This document shows, piece by piece, positions 9,611 through 18,666 of a stretch of DNA of 64,000 nucleotides. This DNA is from Vampirovibrionales bacterium (GTDB lineage Bacteria; Cyanobacteriota; Vampirovibrionia; Vampirovibrionales; JAJTHC01): positions 1,753 through 65,752 of the forward strand of contig JBIKNF010000010.1 in assembly GCA_044358835.1 (NCBI GenBank), written 5' to 3'. The position numbers and the translations under genes were made by a program. How positions within the stretch are numbered: the stretch's first letter is position 1; the number at the start of each line of letters is the position of its first letter. Under the pieces are notes generated by a model that searched no databases, was not told the origin of the DNA, and saw only the letters and a program-made list of their open reading frames with translations.

Positions 9611-11311
9611 ATGATGACCCAGCCCCCTGAAACCGTCCAAAACCCAAAGGAAGATTCCCCGTGGTGGGTAAAGACGAGCCTTGTTTTTTTTATAGGGGCA
9701 GTCTTACTGCGGCTGGTGAGCTTTGGCGTAGCCCCCTTGTTTGACACTACAGAATCTCGTTATGCGAACATGATTCAGCACCTGCTGTTACGGAATGATT
9801 GGCTGGTGCCTTATAGCCCTACATTTCATCAACCCTTTTTTGGCAAGCCCCCCTTTAGCTTTTGGGTGGGAGGCTTAAGCGTCCTAAGTTTTGGTTCAAA
9901 TGAATGGGCCTTTCGTTTCCCTAATTTTATTGCCATGCTATTAACGTTATGGGCCACCTTTGCACTTGCAAAGAAAGTGGCCAATACCCAGGTCGGGATT
10001 TTGGCGGTTTTACTGCTTATTTCGTGTGGGTTTTTTAATGCGATTGGAATGACCGTTTCCATGGATATGTGGGTCTGTGCCAGTGTGATGATCGCCTTAT
10101 TGAGCTTGTTTCATTTGCTTGAAATAAAAGATGCTTCTTCAACGGTGAAGACTATTGAAGAAGGCCGTTTGACTGCTTCCTGTTCTCACCCCGTGTTTTG
10201 GCATGTTTTGTTGACGCTGGCCCTTGCCATGGGAGTGATGACCAAAGGCTTACTGCCCTTAATTATGACCCTGACCCCTTTAGGGATTTGGGTGATTTTG
10301 GCACAAGAAGTCCCTTCCCTTAAAAAAGTGGCGTGGCATTGGGTAATTTTAGGTGTGTTGCTTCTTTGCGTTCCCTGGTTTTGGCGAGTCCAGGTAAAGT
10401 TCCCTGATTTTCTATATTACTTCTTTGTGCAGGAACACTTGTTAAGGTACATCACCCCCAATTACGGAGACCGTTACGGCAGTGGGCATCTTCGTCCTTA
10501 TGGCACCAGCCTTTGGTATTTTTTGGTCGCGTTGTTACCGTGTTCCGTGTTTCCTCTTTTTGGGTTGCCCTCTTTGATGAAAGACGTCTTTAAACGCCCC
10601 AAAGAACGGATTCAACGCTCTTTCCAGCAGGGGGTTGTAAGGTTACACACTCATTCAGCAACCACGTTTTTGTGGGTGTGTATGCTCTTTCCCGCCTTGT
10701 TTTTCTCGGTGGCCAAATCCATTCTTATGACCTATGTGATGACAGGCTTGCCTCCAGCGACGATTCTTTTGGCGCGATTATGGCATCGTAAAATGCCTTG
10801 GATTTACGCAAAAAGTGCAGGTTTATTTTTAGCGGGCTTGGTGACGCTTGGGATTGCCTTATGGTTTGGGGGATGGGGCTTTGATGCCGTGATTCAGCAA
10901 CCTCAATTTGGGGCGAAAGTCTTTCCTGACTACCGCAGTATGCGGAGCGTGGTGACACGCCTCAAGCAAGAAAATCCTGAGTTACTGGATCGCCCTGTGG
11001 TTGGATGGTTTAACAATGTGCCATTTTCTTGGTTGTGTTACCTTCAGCAAGATGAAACCAATACCGCAAGACGCCTTTGGTGGAAAGGCCTACCTTACAC
11101 GCCTTCGTTTAAAAGTCGTTATGAACCCCGAGAAATTCAAACCATTGAAGCCCTTAAATCTCAAGCGGTGCCATTTTTACTCATGACTTGGGAGCGGGAT
11201 AAAGAACACACCCCCTTTTTAAATGCCCATTGGCCCAAGCGCCTCGTTCGTAAAGCCCTTCACAAATCAAAAAAAGGTGTTACACTATATTTAGTGACTT
11301 CTTCTCGGTAA
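9611..11311 (+). CDS. GT-C fold membrane glycosyltransferase, ArnT/PMT-like (family GT83/GT39)
   Basis: 566 aa, polytopic. N-terminal loop FDTTESRYANMIQHLL, followed by multiple TM helices and a soluble C-terminal domain, as in ArnT-type undecaprenyl-phosphate sugar transferases. Confidence 0.7.
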   Translation: MMTQPPETVQNPKEDSPWWVKTSLVFFIGAVLLRLVSFGVAPLFDTTESRYANMIQHLLLRNDWLVPYSPTFHQPFFGKPPFSFWVGGLSVLSFGSNEWAFRFPNFIAMLLTLWATFALAKKVANTQVGILAVLLLISCGFFNAIGMTVSMDMWVCASVMIALLSLFHLLEIKDASSTVKTIEEGRLTASCSHPVFWHVLLTLALAMGVMTKGLLPLIMTLTPLGIWVILAQEVPSLKKVAWHWVILGVLLLCVPWFWRVQVKFPDFLYYFFVQEHLLRYITPNYGDRYGSGHLRPYGTSLWYFLVALLPCSVFPLFGLPSLMKDVFKRPKERIQRSFQQGVVRLHTHSATTFLWVCMLFPALFFSVAKSILMTYVMTGLPPATILLARLWHRKMPWIYAKSAGLFLAGLVTLGIALWFGGWGFDAVIQQPQFGAKVFPDYRSMRSVVTRLKQENPELLDRPVVGWFNNVPFSWLCYLQQDETNTARRLWWKGLPYTPSFKSRYEPREIQTIEALKSQAVPFLLMTWERDKEHTPFLNAHWPKRLVRKALHKSKKGVTLYLVTSSR

Positions 11312-11359
11312 CGACTCTGCTTACCACAGCTTTCCTAGCCCTTAAATGAGATTATAATC

Positions 11360-12166
11360 ATGCTGTATTCCACCCAAGTTCAAGAAGAACGCCATATTTC
11401 GCCTTTTGTGAGTAATCCAGCTTCTCACCTTAAGGAAATTTTTTTGTCGGTCGTGATTCCTGCTTACAATGAAGCCCTTCGCTTGCCAAGCACCTTAGAA
11501 CACCTGATCCAGTACTTCGATTCACAAGCGTATTCGGTGGAAGTCATTATCGTTAATGACGGCAGTACGGATGCCACCGCTGAAATCGTCCAAACGTTTC
11601 AAGCCCAATGCCCCTATTTGCGACTGTTGAACTTGTCTGCAAACCAAGGGAAGGGGGCTGCGTTACAGGCGGGATTTAAGTTCGCCAAAGGGCGTTATGC
11701 CCTGATGTACGACGCCGATCGTGCTGTGCCGATTGATACGCTTGAAGACTGGCTAAATGCAGAAGTGCCTAATGCGATAGAACATATTATTATTGGGTCT
11801 CGTTCTGTGGAAGAAGAAGGTGTCGTGCGTCGATTCAATCCCTTTCGGCGAGTCATTAGTTTGATTTTTCAAAAGGCGTCTCAGTGGTTGATTCCTGATG
11901 TTGAAGACACCCAATGTGGGTTTAAACTGTTTCCTGCTCAGGCTTATCAATTATTTGCGGAATTACAACTGGAAAAAGGGTTTGCAGCTGATTTAGAATA
12001 TCTGATGATGGCTGAAATGCATGGATTTTACGTGGAAGAACGCGGTGTTTCTTGGACGAATATGGTGGGTTCTAAAGTCAATGTGTGGATCGATTCGTGG
12101 AAGATGCTTTTTGCCATGTTTCGCATTAAGTACCGTACCTTCAAAGGCACGTATAAAATTGCCTAA
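11360..12166 (+). CDS. GT2 polyprenyl-phosphate glycosyltransferase (ArnC/dolichyl-phosphate mannose synthase-like)
   Basis: VVIPAYNEA...VNDGSTDAT...DAD motifs of GT-A family 2 enzymes. It sits in an operon-like arrangement with the ArnT-like gene. Confidence 0.75.
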   Translation: MLYSTQVQEERHISPFVSNPASHLKEIFLSVVIPAYNEALRLPSTLEHLIQYFDSQAYSVEVIIVNDGSTDATAEIVQTFQAQCPYLRLLNLSANQGKGAALQAGFKFAKGRYALMYDADRAVPIDTLEDWLNAEVPNAIEHIIIGSRSVEEEGVVRRFNPFRRVISLIFQKASQWLIPDVEDTQCGFKLFPAQAYQLFAELQLEKGFAADLEYLMMAEMHGFYVEERGVSWTNMVGSKVNVWIDSWKMLFAMFRIKYRTFKGTYKIA

Positions 12167-12172
12167 TAAACG

Positions 12173-12384
12173 CTTCTATAGAAGGCTCTGCAAAAGTCCC
12201 ATTCGGCGAATCTTCTGTGCACGAAGCGTGAGTGATTGCAAGCAATCAACAAAACAAGCCGTTGTTCGCTTTGCGAGTGATTGCAAGCAATCAGCGTTAT
12301 GTAGTAGGTCTACACGCATCAAAAGCCGTTTATTTTTCCTTGAATATTCATCCGGCTTGAACTTTTGCAGAGCCTTCTATATAG
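12173..12384. repeat. Inverted-repeat (hairpin or MITE-like) element between convergent genes
   Basis: Perfect 21-bp inverted repeats at 12177-12197 and 12361-12381 (cttctatagaaggctctgcaaaagt / acttttgcagagccttctata), 163 bp apart. Inside, the near-palindromic gagtgattgcaagcaatca occurs twice as a direct repeat. Confidence 0.8.
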
Positions 12385-12431
12385 TATTCGATAGATGAAA
12401 CGGTACAGCCTGTACTTGGTTAAGTCTTGGC

Positions 12432-13352
12432 TTAACAATGTTGCGCATAAAGGGCTAAACTATAAGCACATTGAATGCTTTGGTAGACGTTTTGTATTTT
12501 TATAGCCAGTGGGGTGTTTTCATTAAAGCACAAGGGCAATTGAATCGTGGTACCATTGACGCGTTCTGAATGAGGAAGTAAAGCACAAGCATCTGCCATT
12601 AAAGGGGAATGGAACTGTATCTGAACTTCAAAATCGTTAAGGGGACGCGCTTCAGAGAAATGGGCTAAGGCTTCTTTGGCTTGCTTGTTTTGAGCGGGCG
12701 TTCGTTCGCACAAGGCTTTAAATACGGTGGCTAAATGTTCTTCTGCTTGAGGCACCCCTTGAACGCATTGCCAACCTCGTCCAAGCTTAGAAACCACATG
12801 AGTCCCCTGACCAAGGTACAGGCAATTGTCTTGTAACGCCTCTAGTTCATGGCCTAGAATGTCGTCTCCGTATATTAAGGCCACAGGCACCCCAAAGCCC
12901 AATTCAGCCAGTAAAATGCTCAATCCCGCTTCCCCTAAGGAAAGGCCATTAAAGCGAATGTCTGCGACATCTTCTGTAAAGGTATGCGCTAATGGAGCAT
13001 GTAAAGTCCCAGCTTTAGCATGATACCCCAGTAAAAGGCAGGCGTCAAAGGTCTCATCAAGTCCTGCCATCATACCAAAGCGTTTGGGTTTGCCTGAAAT
13101 TACTTCTACACAGGCTGGGAAGCCCACGTCCGCCAAGAAAAGGTTTGTCATGCTGGCGTGGGCATCGTTAATGACGATGCGGTGGCTTGCAATGGATGTG
13201 ATGTCTTGAAAAAGACGGTCAAGCGTTCGCTTGACTTGTTGAAGTGCCACTTGATAGCCTTGAAAATCTTGCGGTTGTTGAGGAAAAACCTGCTTGGCAT
13301 GACTAATCCCTGAAAAGCCTTCAAAATCAAGTGAAATATAAAATGAACTCAT
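12432..13352 (-). CDS. Peptidase M55 family (D-aminopeptidase DppA-like)
   Basis: The N-terminus MSSFYISLDFEGFSGIS matches the MKxYISxDxEGxxG opening of the DppA/M55 family. 306 aa. Confidence 0.5.
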   Translation of the reverse strand: MSSFYISLDFEGFSGISHAKQVFPQQPQDFQGYQVALQQVKRTLDRLFQDITSIASHRIVINDAHASMTNLFLADVGFPACVEVISGKPKRFGMMAGLDETFDACLLLGYHAKAGTLHAPLAHTFTEDVADIRFNGLSLGEAGLSILLAELGFGVPVALIYGDDILGHELEALQDNCLYLGQGTHVVSKLGRGWQCVQGVPQAEEHLATVFKALCERTPAQNKQAKEALAHFSEARPLNDFEVQIQFHSPLMADACALLPHSERVNGTTIQLPLCFNENTPLAIKIQNVYQSIQCAYSLALYAQHC

Positions 13353-13525
13353 GGGTCTTTCTTATTTCCCCTAAAGATAGTGGATATATGTACCTAATTA
13401 TACACGACACTCTAAGAATAACGTTATTATATCATCATATAGCTGAGTTTCTAGCTTTTTTAGGACACTTGTCAAGAGAGAAACAGAATTCCCCAACACT
13501 ATGCGTCAAACAGGAGTATTAATTT

Positions 13526-14464
13526 GTGTCTCATTACCCACTTTTTTTGCCCAATCGTTTAACTGCCTATACGCTAGTTCTAGTTTTTTTAGGCTTTGCT
13601 TCTTTGACGATGCTAAGTGGATGTGGTAATAGTTTGCCTCCAAAGTCTTCAAAACCCTCCACTTCAAGCCCTTCAACAGAAGCGACTGTTCCCGTAACAG
13701 AACCCCCTACGGGTCAAGGGAAAGCGGCCTCTCCCGAAGGGGATTCTACTTCGAGTACTCAACCCACAGAACCTAAAAGTGGTGAAACCGCCGTTTTAAG
13801 TGAAAGTCAGTTGGTTGAACAAGACATTATTACGCTTGCCAGTAATGGTGTAGATCCCTTTTCCATTGCGATGAATGTACAACCCATTGAAGTGAAAGAA
13901 GACGATCTTCAAGCTCTTTCTCCTTACTATCAATCGCTTATAGGCATTTCTCCCTTAGTCACTGTGAAAGTGATTAAAGTTGAAAAACCTGTTATAGATC
14001 CTGTGTCTGGAATGCTTTCAGTTCCAATGGCAGACCCTACAATCGCTATGCAGGAGGCTTTGTCAACCATTAACGTCAATGGAATTTCTTACAAAAAAAG
14101 TTCCCCCATGGCGATTTTAGCCCTTTCAGGCAAAGACCAAGCGAGTTCTACCACTTTATTTGTGAAAAAAGGCTCCCGCCTTTTCGTTAATGGTTATAGC
14201 GTGCTTGTTGAAGACATTACCACAAGTACCGTTAAAGTTAGTACAACCCAAGGTCACACCAAAGTATCACAAACCTTAATGATTCAAGATATTTTTGGAT
14301 TCGCCAGATCTGGATCTGCGGGTGCGGTGGGGTCCTCTTCATCGACCGAAGCCACTGGTGGTGGGCCTTCTTCAGGAGGGACCTCCCCTGCTAGTCCTTC
14401 GGGGACTTCTAAAAATGTTTCTTCCCAAGATATTGACAAAATTATTAAAGATTTATTGAACTAA
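13526..14464 (+). CDS. Lipoprotein with Ser/Thr/Pro-rich linker, a T2SS-associated candidate by position
   Basis: Signal peptide with the lipobox LSGCGNS and a long low-complexity STP-rich region. It lies immediately upstream of gspD in the same orientation. Confidence 0.5.
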   Translation: MSHYPLFLPNRLTAYTLVLVFLGFASLTMLSGCGNSLPPKSSKPSTSSPSTEATVPVTEPPTGQGKAASPEGDSTSSTQPTEPKSGETAVLSESQLVEQDIITLASNGVDPFSIAMNVQPIEVKEDDLQALSPYYQSLIGISPLVTVKVIKVEKPVIDPVSGMLSVPMADPTIAMQEALSTINVNGISYKKSSPMAILALSGKDQASSTTLFVKKGSRLFVNGYSVLVEDITTSTVKVSTTQGHTKVSQTLMIQDIFGFARSGSAGAVGSSSSTEATGGGPSSGGTSPASPSGTSKNVSSQDIDKIIKDLLN

Positions 14465-14485
14465 AGCTATGAAAGGTCTTTTATT

Positions 14486-16771
14486 ATGACGTTTTCTTTC
14501 CCTTCCTTTCCCAATCCTCGTTCTATTCAAAAGCATCTATCTTTCAAAGGGTTTCACTATGGTTGGGTGCCTTTCGTTGCAATGGCACTCACTCTAGGCC
14601 TCTTTAATCCTTTTATGAACTTGCTATTGCCTCAGGCTTCAGCAACCAATTACCCTGTTTCTATTTTACCGACTGAAAATATAGCACGCCCAGCGGTGAG
14701 TATCTTTAAGGGTATTAAGGTGGCTCCAGATTATGCTCGCGTGGATTTAAACTTGAGAAATACTAGTATTGTTGATATTTTACAATTACTGGCGGAACAA
14801 GGACATTTTAATATCATTGTGGACGAATCAGTCACAGGAGTCATGACAGTCGATATTAAAAATATCAGTGTCAATAAAGCCTTGGAATACATTTTTATTA
14901 CAGGTGGATTGAGCTATACCCAAGAAGGGAATACCCTTGTTGTGGCGAATACGGCGACGACCAATGCCCGTTCTTTAAATGCAAAAATCTTTAAAGTGAT
15001 TCCGATTAAATATAGAGATGCGGGGCAGGTTTCCACCCAACTGAATCAAACCATTTTTGCGGCGAATAAACCGGGTACGAATAATATGGCGGTAGCCACC
15101 TTTGACCCGAATACCAATAGCTTATTAGTGGTGGCGACGGATCGTGAAGTGGCGTTGATTGAAGAGCTTTTGCCACAACTAGATTTGCCTCGTAACCGTA
15201 AAGTTTTTAAAATTATGCATGGTAATGAAACAGCAATTGCTCTTTCTGTTTTTACGACCCTTACCGCTGGCTGGGCAAGTAATTCAGCTGGTGGTGCAGC
15301 AGGCGGTGCAGCTGGTGGTGCAGCTGGTGGTGCAGCTGGTGGTGCAGCTGGTGGTGCAGCAGGCGGTGCAGCTGGTGGTGCAGCAGGCGGTGCAGCTGGT
15401 GGCGCAGCAGGCGGTGCAGCTGGTGGTGCAGCAGGCGGAGCAGCAGGCGGTGCAGCTGGTGGTGCAGCAGGCGGAGCAGCTGGTGGTGCAGCAGGCGGAG
15501 CGGCTGGTGGCGCAGCAGGAGGAGCGGCTGGCGGAGCAGCAGGAGGAGCGGCTGGCGGAGCAGCAGGAGGAGCGGCTGGCGGTGGGCAGTCTTTTCAAAG
15601 AGGTGGTTTTTCAATGGTGCCAAACCATGCCACAGGTACGGTAACGGTGTATGGCACCCCTGAACAATTACAATTGGTGGAAGAATTGATTCATGAACTA
15701 GATGTGGCTCGTCCCCAAGTAATGATTGAACTTTCTTTGATCGAACTGAGCAAATCCAACACAAAAGTCATCCAACCCATTACGAGTGGTCCGATTGGGT
15801 TTGGCGAGTTTCAAATCGCCACATTTACAGGTTCACCTTTTACATATGGAGGTAGAGCCTTAGGTATTTTAGGGGGTGGATCTAATAACGGATCGGTCGG
15901 TAAGTTTCGACTACCAGGGATAGGGTTTAACTTTAACAATAACGACACCAAAGCAAAAATTTTAGCGAATCCCACCCTTATTGCGGTGGATGGCACCACT
16001 TCTTCGGTTAGCATTACTGATACGATTGTATACTTTACGTCAACAACGACCGTGCCTGCCGCTGGAGTACCTACGGTAACGTGGCAAGCCAATAACCAAG
16101 AAGTCGGAATTAAACTTGAATTAACCCCAGTGATTACCAATGATGGTAATGTGACCATGGCACTCAAACCTTCAGTAACTCAACTGATCTCGCTGAAAGA
16201 AGGGGGAGGTGGTGCGGTAAGTGCTCCTGAAATTGCCACACGTGAGTTTACGATTGCGTCTGCTCGAGTAAAAGATGGGCAAACTCTTGCCATTGGGGGC
16301 TTGTTAAGAGATACGCGCAATGAATCATGGGACAAAATACCAGGACTCGCTAACTTACCCATTGTAGGAGCCATGTTCCGTTCCACGACTTCTGCGGGTA
16401 ACACGACCCAACGAACGGAACTCGTCGTTTTGGTCACGCCTCACATTCTAAAAGAAGAAGTGAACTCGCCTTACTTTGACGGTGACCCCAAACCCGCTTC
16501 CGATTCTGATGCGTTAACGGTGCCTCAACATGGAAGAACTGGTACACCCCTCGCTCCTTCAGAAGTAAAAGTGATGGGCGAAAAAGGTGGGGAACTTAAG
16601 ATAGAAACCGGTCGTTTGGTCATGCCCGAACCCCAAGCCCCTAAAAGTAGTGAAAAACTGGAAAGATCTGTCAAACGTAAGCAGGCAAAAATGGAAGACC
16701 CTTATAGTGTGACGCCTTATAATGACTACATAGGTGGCCTCAATCGTAACTTTGGTAGTAATTTCAAGTAA
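14486..16771 (+). CDS. gspD: Type II secretion system secretin GspD containing a 105-aa (AGGA)n low-complexity insert
   Basis: N-terminal secretin N domains, then the conserved C-terminal secretin domain (ANPTLIAVDG...VTPHI). The insert is encoded by the tandem DNA repeat at about 15284-15598. Confidence 0.8.
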   Translation: MTFSFPSFPNPRSIQKHLSFKGFHYGWVPFVAMALTLGLFNPFMNLLLPQASATNYPVSILPTENIARPAVSIFKGIKVAPDYARVDLNLRNTSIVDILQLLAEQGHFNIIVDESVTGVMTVDIKNISVNKALEYIFITGGLSYTQEGNTLVVANTATTNARSLNAKIFKVIPIKYRDAGQVSTQLNQTIFAANKPGTNNMAVATFDPNTNSLLVVATDREVALIEELLPQLDLPRNRKVFKIMHGNETAIALSVFTTLTAGWASNSAGGAAGGAAGGAAGGAAGGAAGGAAGGAAGGAAGGAAGGAAGGAAGGAAGGAAGGAAGGAAGGAAGGAAGGAAGGAAGGAAGGAAGGAAGGAAGGAAGGGQSFQRGGFSMVPNHATGTVTVYGTPEQLQLVEELIHELDVARPQVMIELSLIELSKSNTKVIQPITSGPIGFGEFQIATFTGSPFTYGGRALGILGGGSNNGSVGKFRLPGIGFNFNNNDTKAKILANPTLIAVDGTTSSVSITDTIVYFTSTTTVPAAGVPTVTWQANNQEVGIKLELTPVITNDGNVTMALKPSVTQLISLKEGGGGAVSAPEIATREFTIASARVKDGQTLAIGGLLRDTRNESWDKIPGLANLPIVGAMFRSTTSAGNTTQRTELVVLVTPHILKEEVNSPYFDGDPKPASDSDALTVPQHGRTGTPLAPSEVKVMGEKGGELKIETGRLVMPEPQAPKSSEKLERSVKRKQAKMEDPYSVTPYNDYIGGLNRNFGSNFK
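15284..15598 (+). repeat. Tandem 12/24-nt repeat array (gctggtggtgca gcaggcggtgca)n, about 26 x 12 nt, in frame inside gspD
   Basis: Read directly. The repeat encodes AGGAAGGA... and produces the three overlapping artefactual ORFs on both strands in the track. Confidence 0.9.
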
Positions 16772-16804
16772 TGTTTGGCAATTCCCCGGTGGATTTAAAA
16801 GGAG

Positions 16805-18610
16805 GTGAGTGTTTTGTCCCTAGGTGTCGTTGAAGGAAGCGCCAGTCTTATTCTTCAAAGCGTGATTAAGTATGTACGAGATGTCAAAAAAATAAGTCCC
16901 GATGTACTAATTGCCATTATGGAGCGTTCCGAAAAGAATAAACTCTCTCTAGATGAACAGTTTCTTAAAGAAGGTGTTTTGACTCGAGAAGAGTTGGTCC
17001 AAATCGTGACCAAGTGCTTCCCTGTCAAGTATTATTCTTTAGAAAACGTCCAACCTACGGCGGAATTACTGGAACTGATTCCTGAAGAAATTATTGAAGA
17101 AAAATATCTAGTGCCTGTTTCTAATATACATGGGCGCTTGGTTATTGCCATGATTGATCCAACCGATACGGCAGCAATTGAAGAAGTGACTGTTTTAAAA
17201 GGTATGCGTCCACAGATTGTGTCTATCTTGCCTATGGACTACCGCCAATGGATGCTGAAATTTGAAGCTCAACAGTCCTTAAGAGCCAGAGGGAACAAAG
17301 AAGCGACTCGAGATTTATTGGATCAACTTGCCAATGCAAGCCAAGTAAAACTTTCTGCCCAAGCCCAAAGACTAGACAACATTCGCGCGATGGGTGAAGC
17401 AGAAATCCAAGACACTTCAGACCCTCTCGTACGTTTTGTAAACTCAATGTTGATTCAAGGCGTCGTGCAAGGCGCTTCAGATATTCACATCGAACCGCGA
17501 GAAGGCCATTATGTCGTACGTTTCCGTTCGGACGGGGTGTTGAAAGAAATTTTAGATATTCCGCAAAACATGGAAGGTGCTGTCATTACCCGCTTAAAGG
17601 TTATGGCAAAAATGGATATTTCTGATCGTCGTCGGCCGCAAGATGGTCGGATGTCGATTCACTATAAAAAAGTTGAATATAACTTTCGAGTCAACACGCT
17701 TCCTGTGACAGAAGGGCGTGAAAAAATGGTTATGCGGATTTTGCGTCCGTCCGCCACGGTGACGGATTTCACCAAACTAGGCTTTACGCAAGAAGATGCC
17801 ACTAAAATTGAACTGCTCTATAAAGCTCCGTATGGTATTGTACTGGTGTGTGGACCAACAGGTTCAGGTAAATCTACCACGTTGTATACTATTATGAACA
17901 AAATCAATAGTGAACTCATTAATGTTTCGACTGTTGAAGACCCTGTGGAATTAAAAATTGAAGGCTTAAACCAATCCCAAGTCAATGCCAAAGCCGATTT
18001 TACGTTTGCTAGTTCGATGCGAGCCTTATTGCGTCAAGACCCTGATGTTATTATGGTGGGTGAAATTAGAGATTACGAAACCCTTGAAGCAGGGATTCAT
18101 GCTGCGTTGACGGGTCACTTAGTGTTTTCAACCATTCACGCCAACTCAACAGCAACCACCATTACCCGCATGCTTGAAATGGGGGCATCCAGTAGTTTGA
18201 TTTCTGCGGCGATCAATGGCGTGATTGCTCAGCGTTTAACGCGAGCTTTATGTCCCCATTGTAAAGAAGCCCATGAAGCGACGGATGAACAAAAAGAAAT
18301 TTTATATGAGTTCTATGAAACGGCCCCCGATATGAAGGAGCCTTTGACGATTTACAAGGCCAAAGGCTGTGAAATGTGTAAAGATTCTGGCTATTTTGGA
18401 CGTACTGGCCTTTATGAAATTATGATGATTGACCGAGAATTACGTCACTTAATTGCTTCTCAAGTCAATGAACTAGAAATTGAAGACACTGCCATGAAAC
18501 GTGGCATGATTACTCTAGGAATGTGTGCCAGAACCAAAATTATCGAAGGCAAAGTGGATTTTGCTGAAATTGAACGAGTTTTAGGTCCTTTTAGAGGAGG
18601 CAGTCGATGA
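16805..18610 (+). CDS. gspE: Type II secretion or type IV pilus assembly ATPase GspE
   Basis: Walker A box GPTGSGKST, Asp and His boxes, and a C-terminal tetracysteine motif CPHC...CEMC. The true start is probably TTG at 16814, nine nt after the aaaggagg ribosome-binding site. Confidence 0.85.
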   Translation: MSVLSLGVVEGSASLILQSVIKYVRDVKKISPDVLIAIMERSEKNKLSLDEQFLKEGVLTREELVQIVTKCFPVKYYSLENVQPTAELLELIPEEIIEEKYLVPVSNIHGRLVIAMIDPTDTAAIEEVTVLKGMRPQIVSILPMDYRQWMLKFEAQQSLRARGNKEATRDLLDQLANASQVKLSAQAQRLDNIRAMGEAEIQDTSDPLVRFVNSMLIQGVVQGASDIHIEPREGHYVVRFRSDGVLKEILDIPQNMEGAVITRLKVMAKMDISDRRRPQDGRMSIHYKKVEYNFRVNTLPVTEGREKMVMRILRPSATVTDFTKLGFTQEDATKIELLYKAPYGIVLVCGPTGSGKSTTLYTIMNKINSELINVSTVEDPVELKIEGLNQSQVNAKADFTFASSMRALLRQDPDVIMVGEIRDYETLEAGIHAALTGHLVFSTIHANSTATTITRMLEMGASSSLISAAINGVIAQRLTRALCPHCKEAHEATDEQKEILYEFYETAPDMKEPLTIYKAKGCEMCKDSGYFGRTGLYEIMMIDRELRHLIASQVNELEIEDTAMKRGMITLGMCARTKIIEGKVDFAEIERVLGPFRGGSR

Positions 18611-18666
18611 CAAAGCCAGTTACCGATTATTTAATAGGCATAAAAATATAGATAGGAGCTTAAGCA

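Noticed and set aside
15284-15598. Possibility that the regular repeat array is a CRISPR locus
   Set aside because: The units are contiguous 12-nt repeats with no unique spacers, they lie in frame inside a secretin gene, and no cas genes are nearby. It is a coding microsatellite or VNTR, not CRISPR.
15219-15764. Three overlapping ORFs (15219-15644 +, 15261-15764 -, 15284-15598 -) with Gln/Leu-rich or Cys/Thr/Ser-rich repetitive translations
   Set aside because: They are alternative-frame and antisense readings of the (gctggtggtgca)n tandem repeat inside gspD. Only the gspD frame is part of a long conserved protein.
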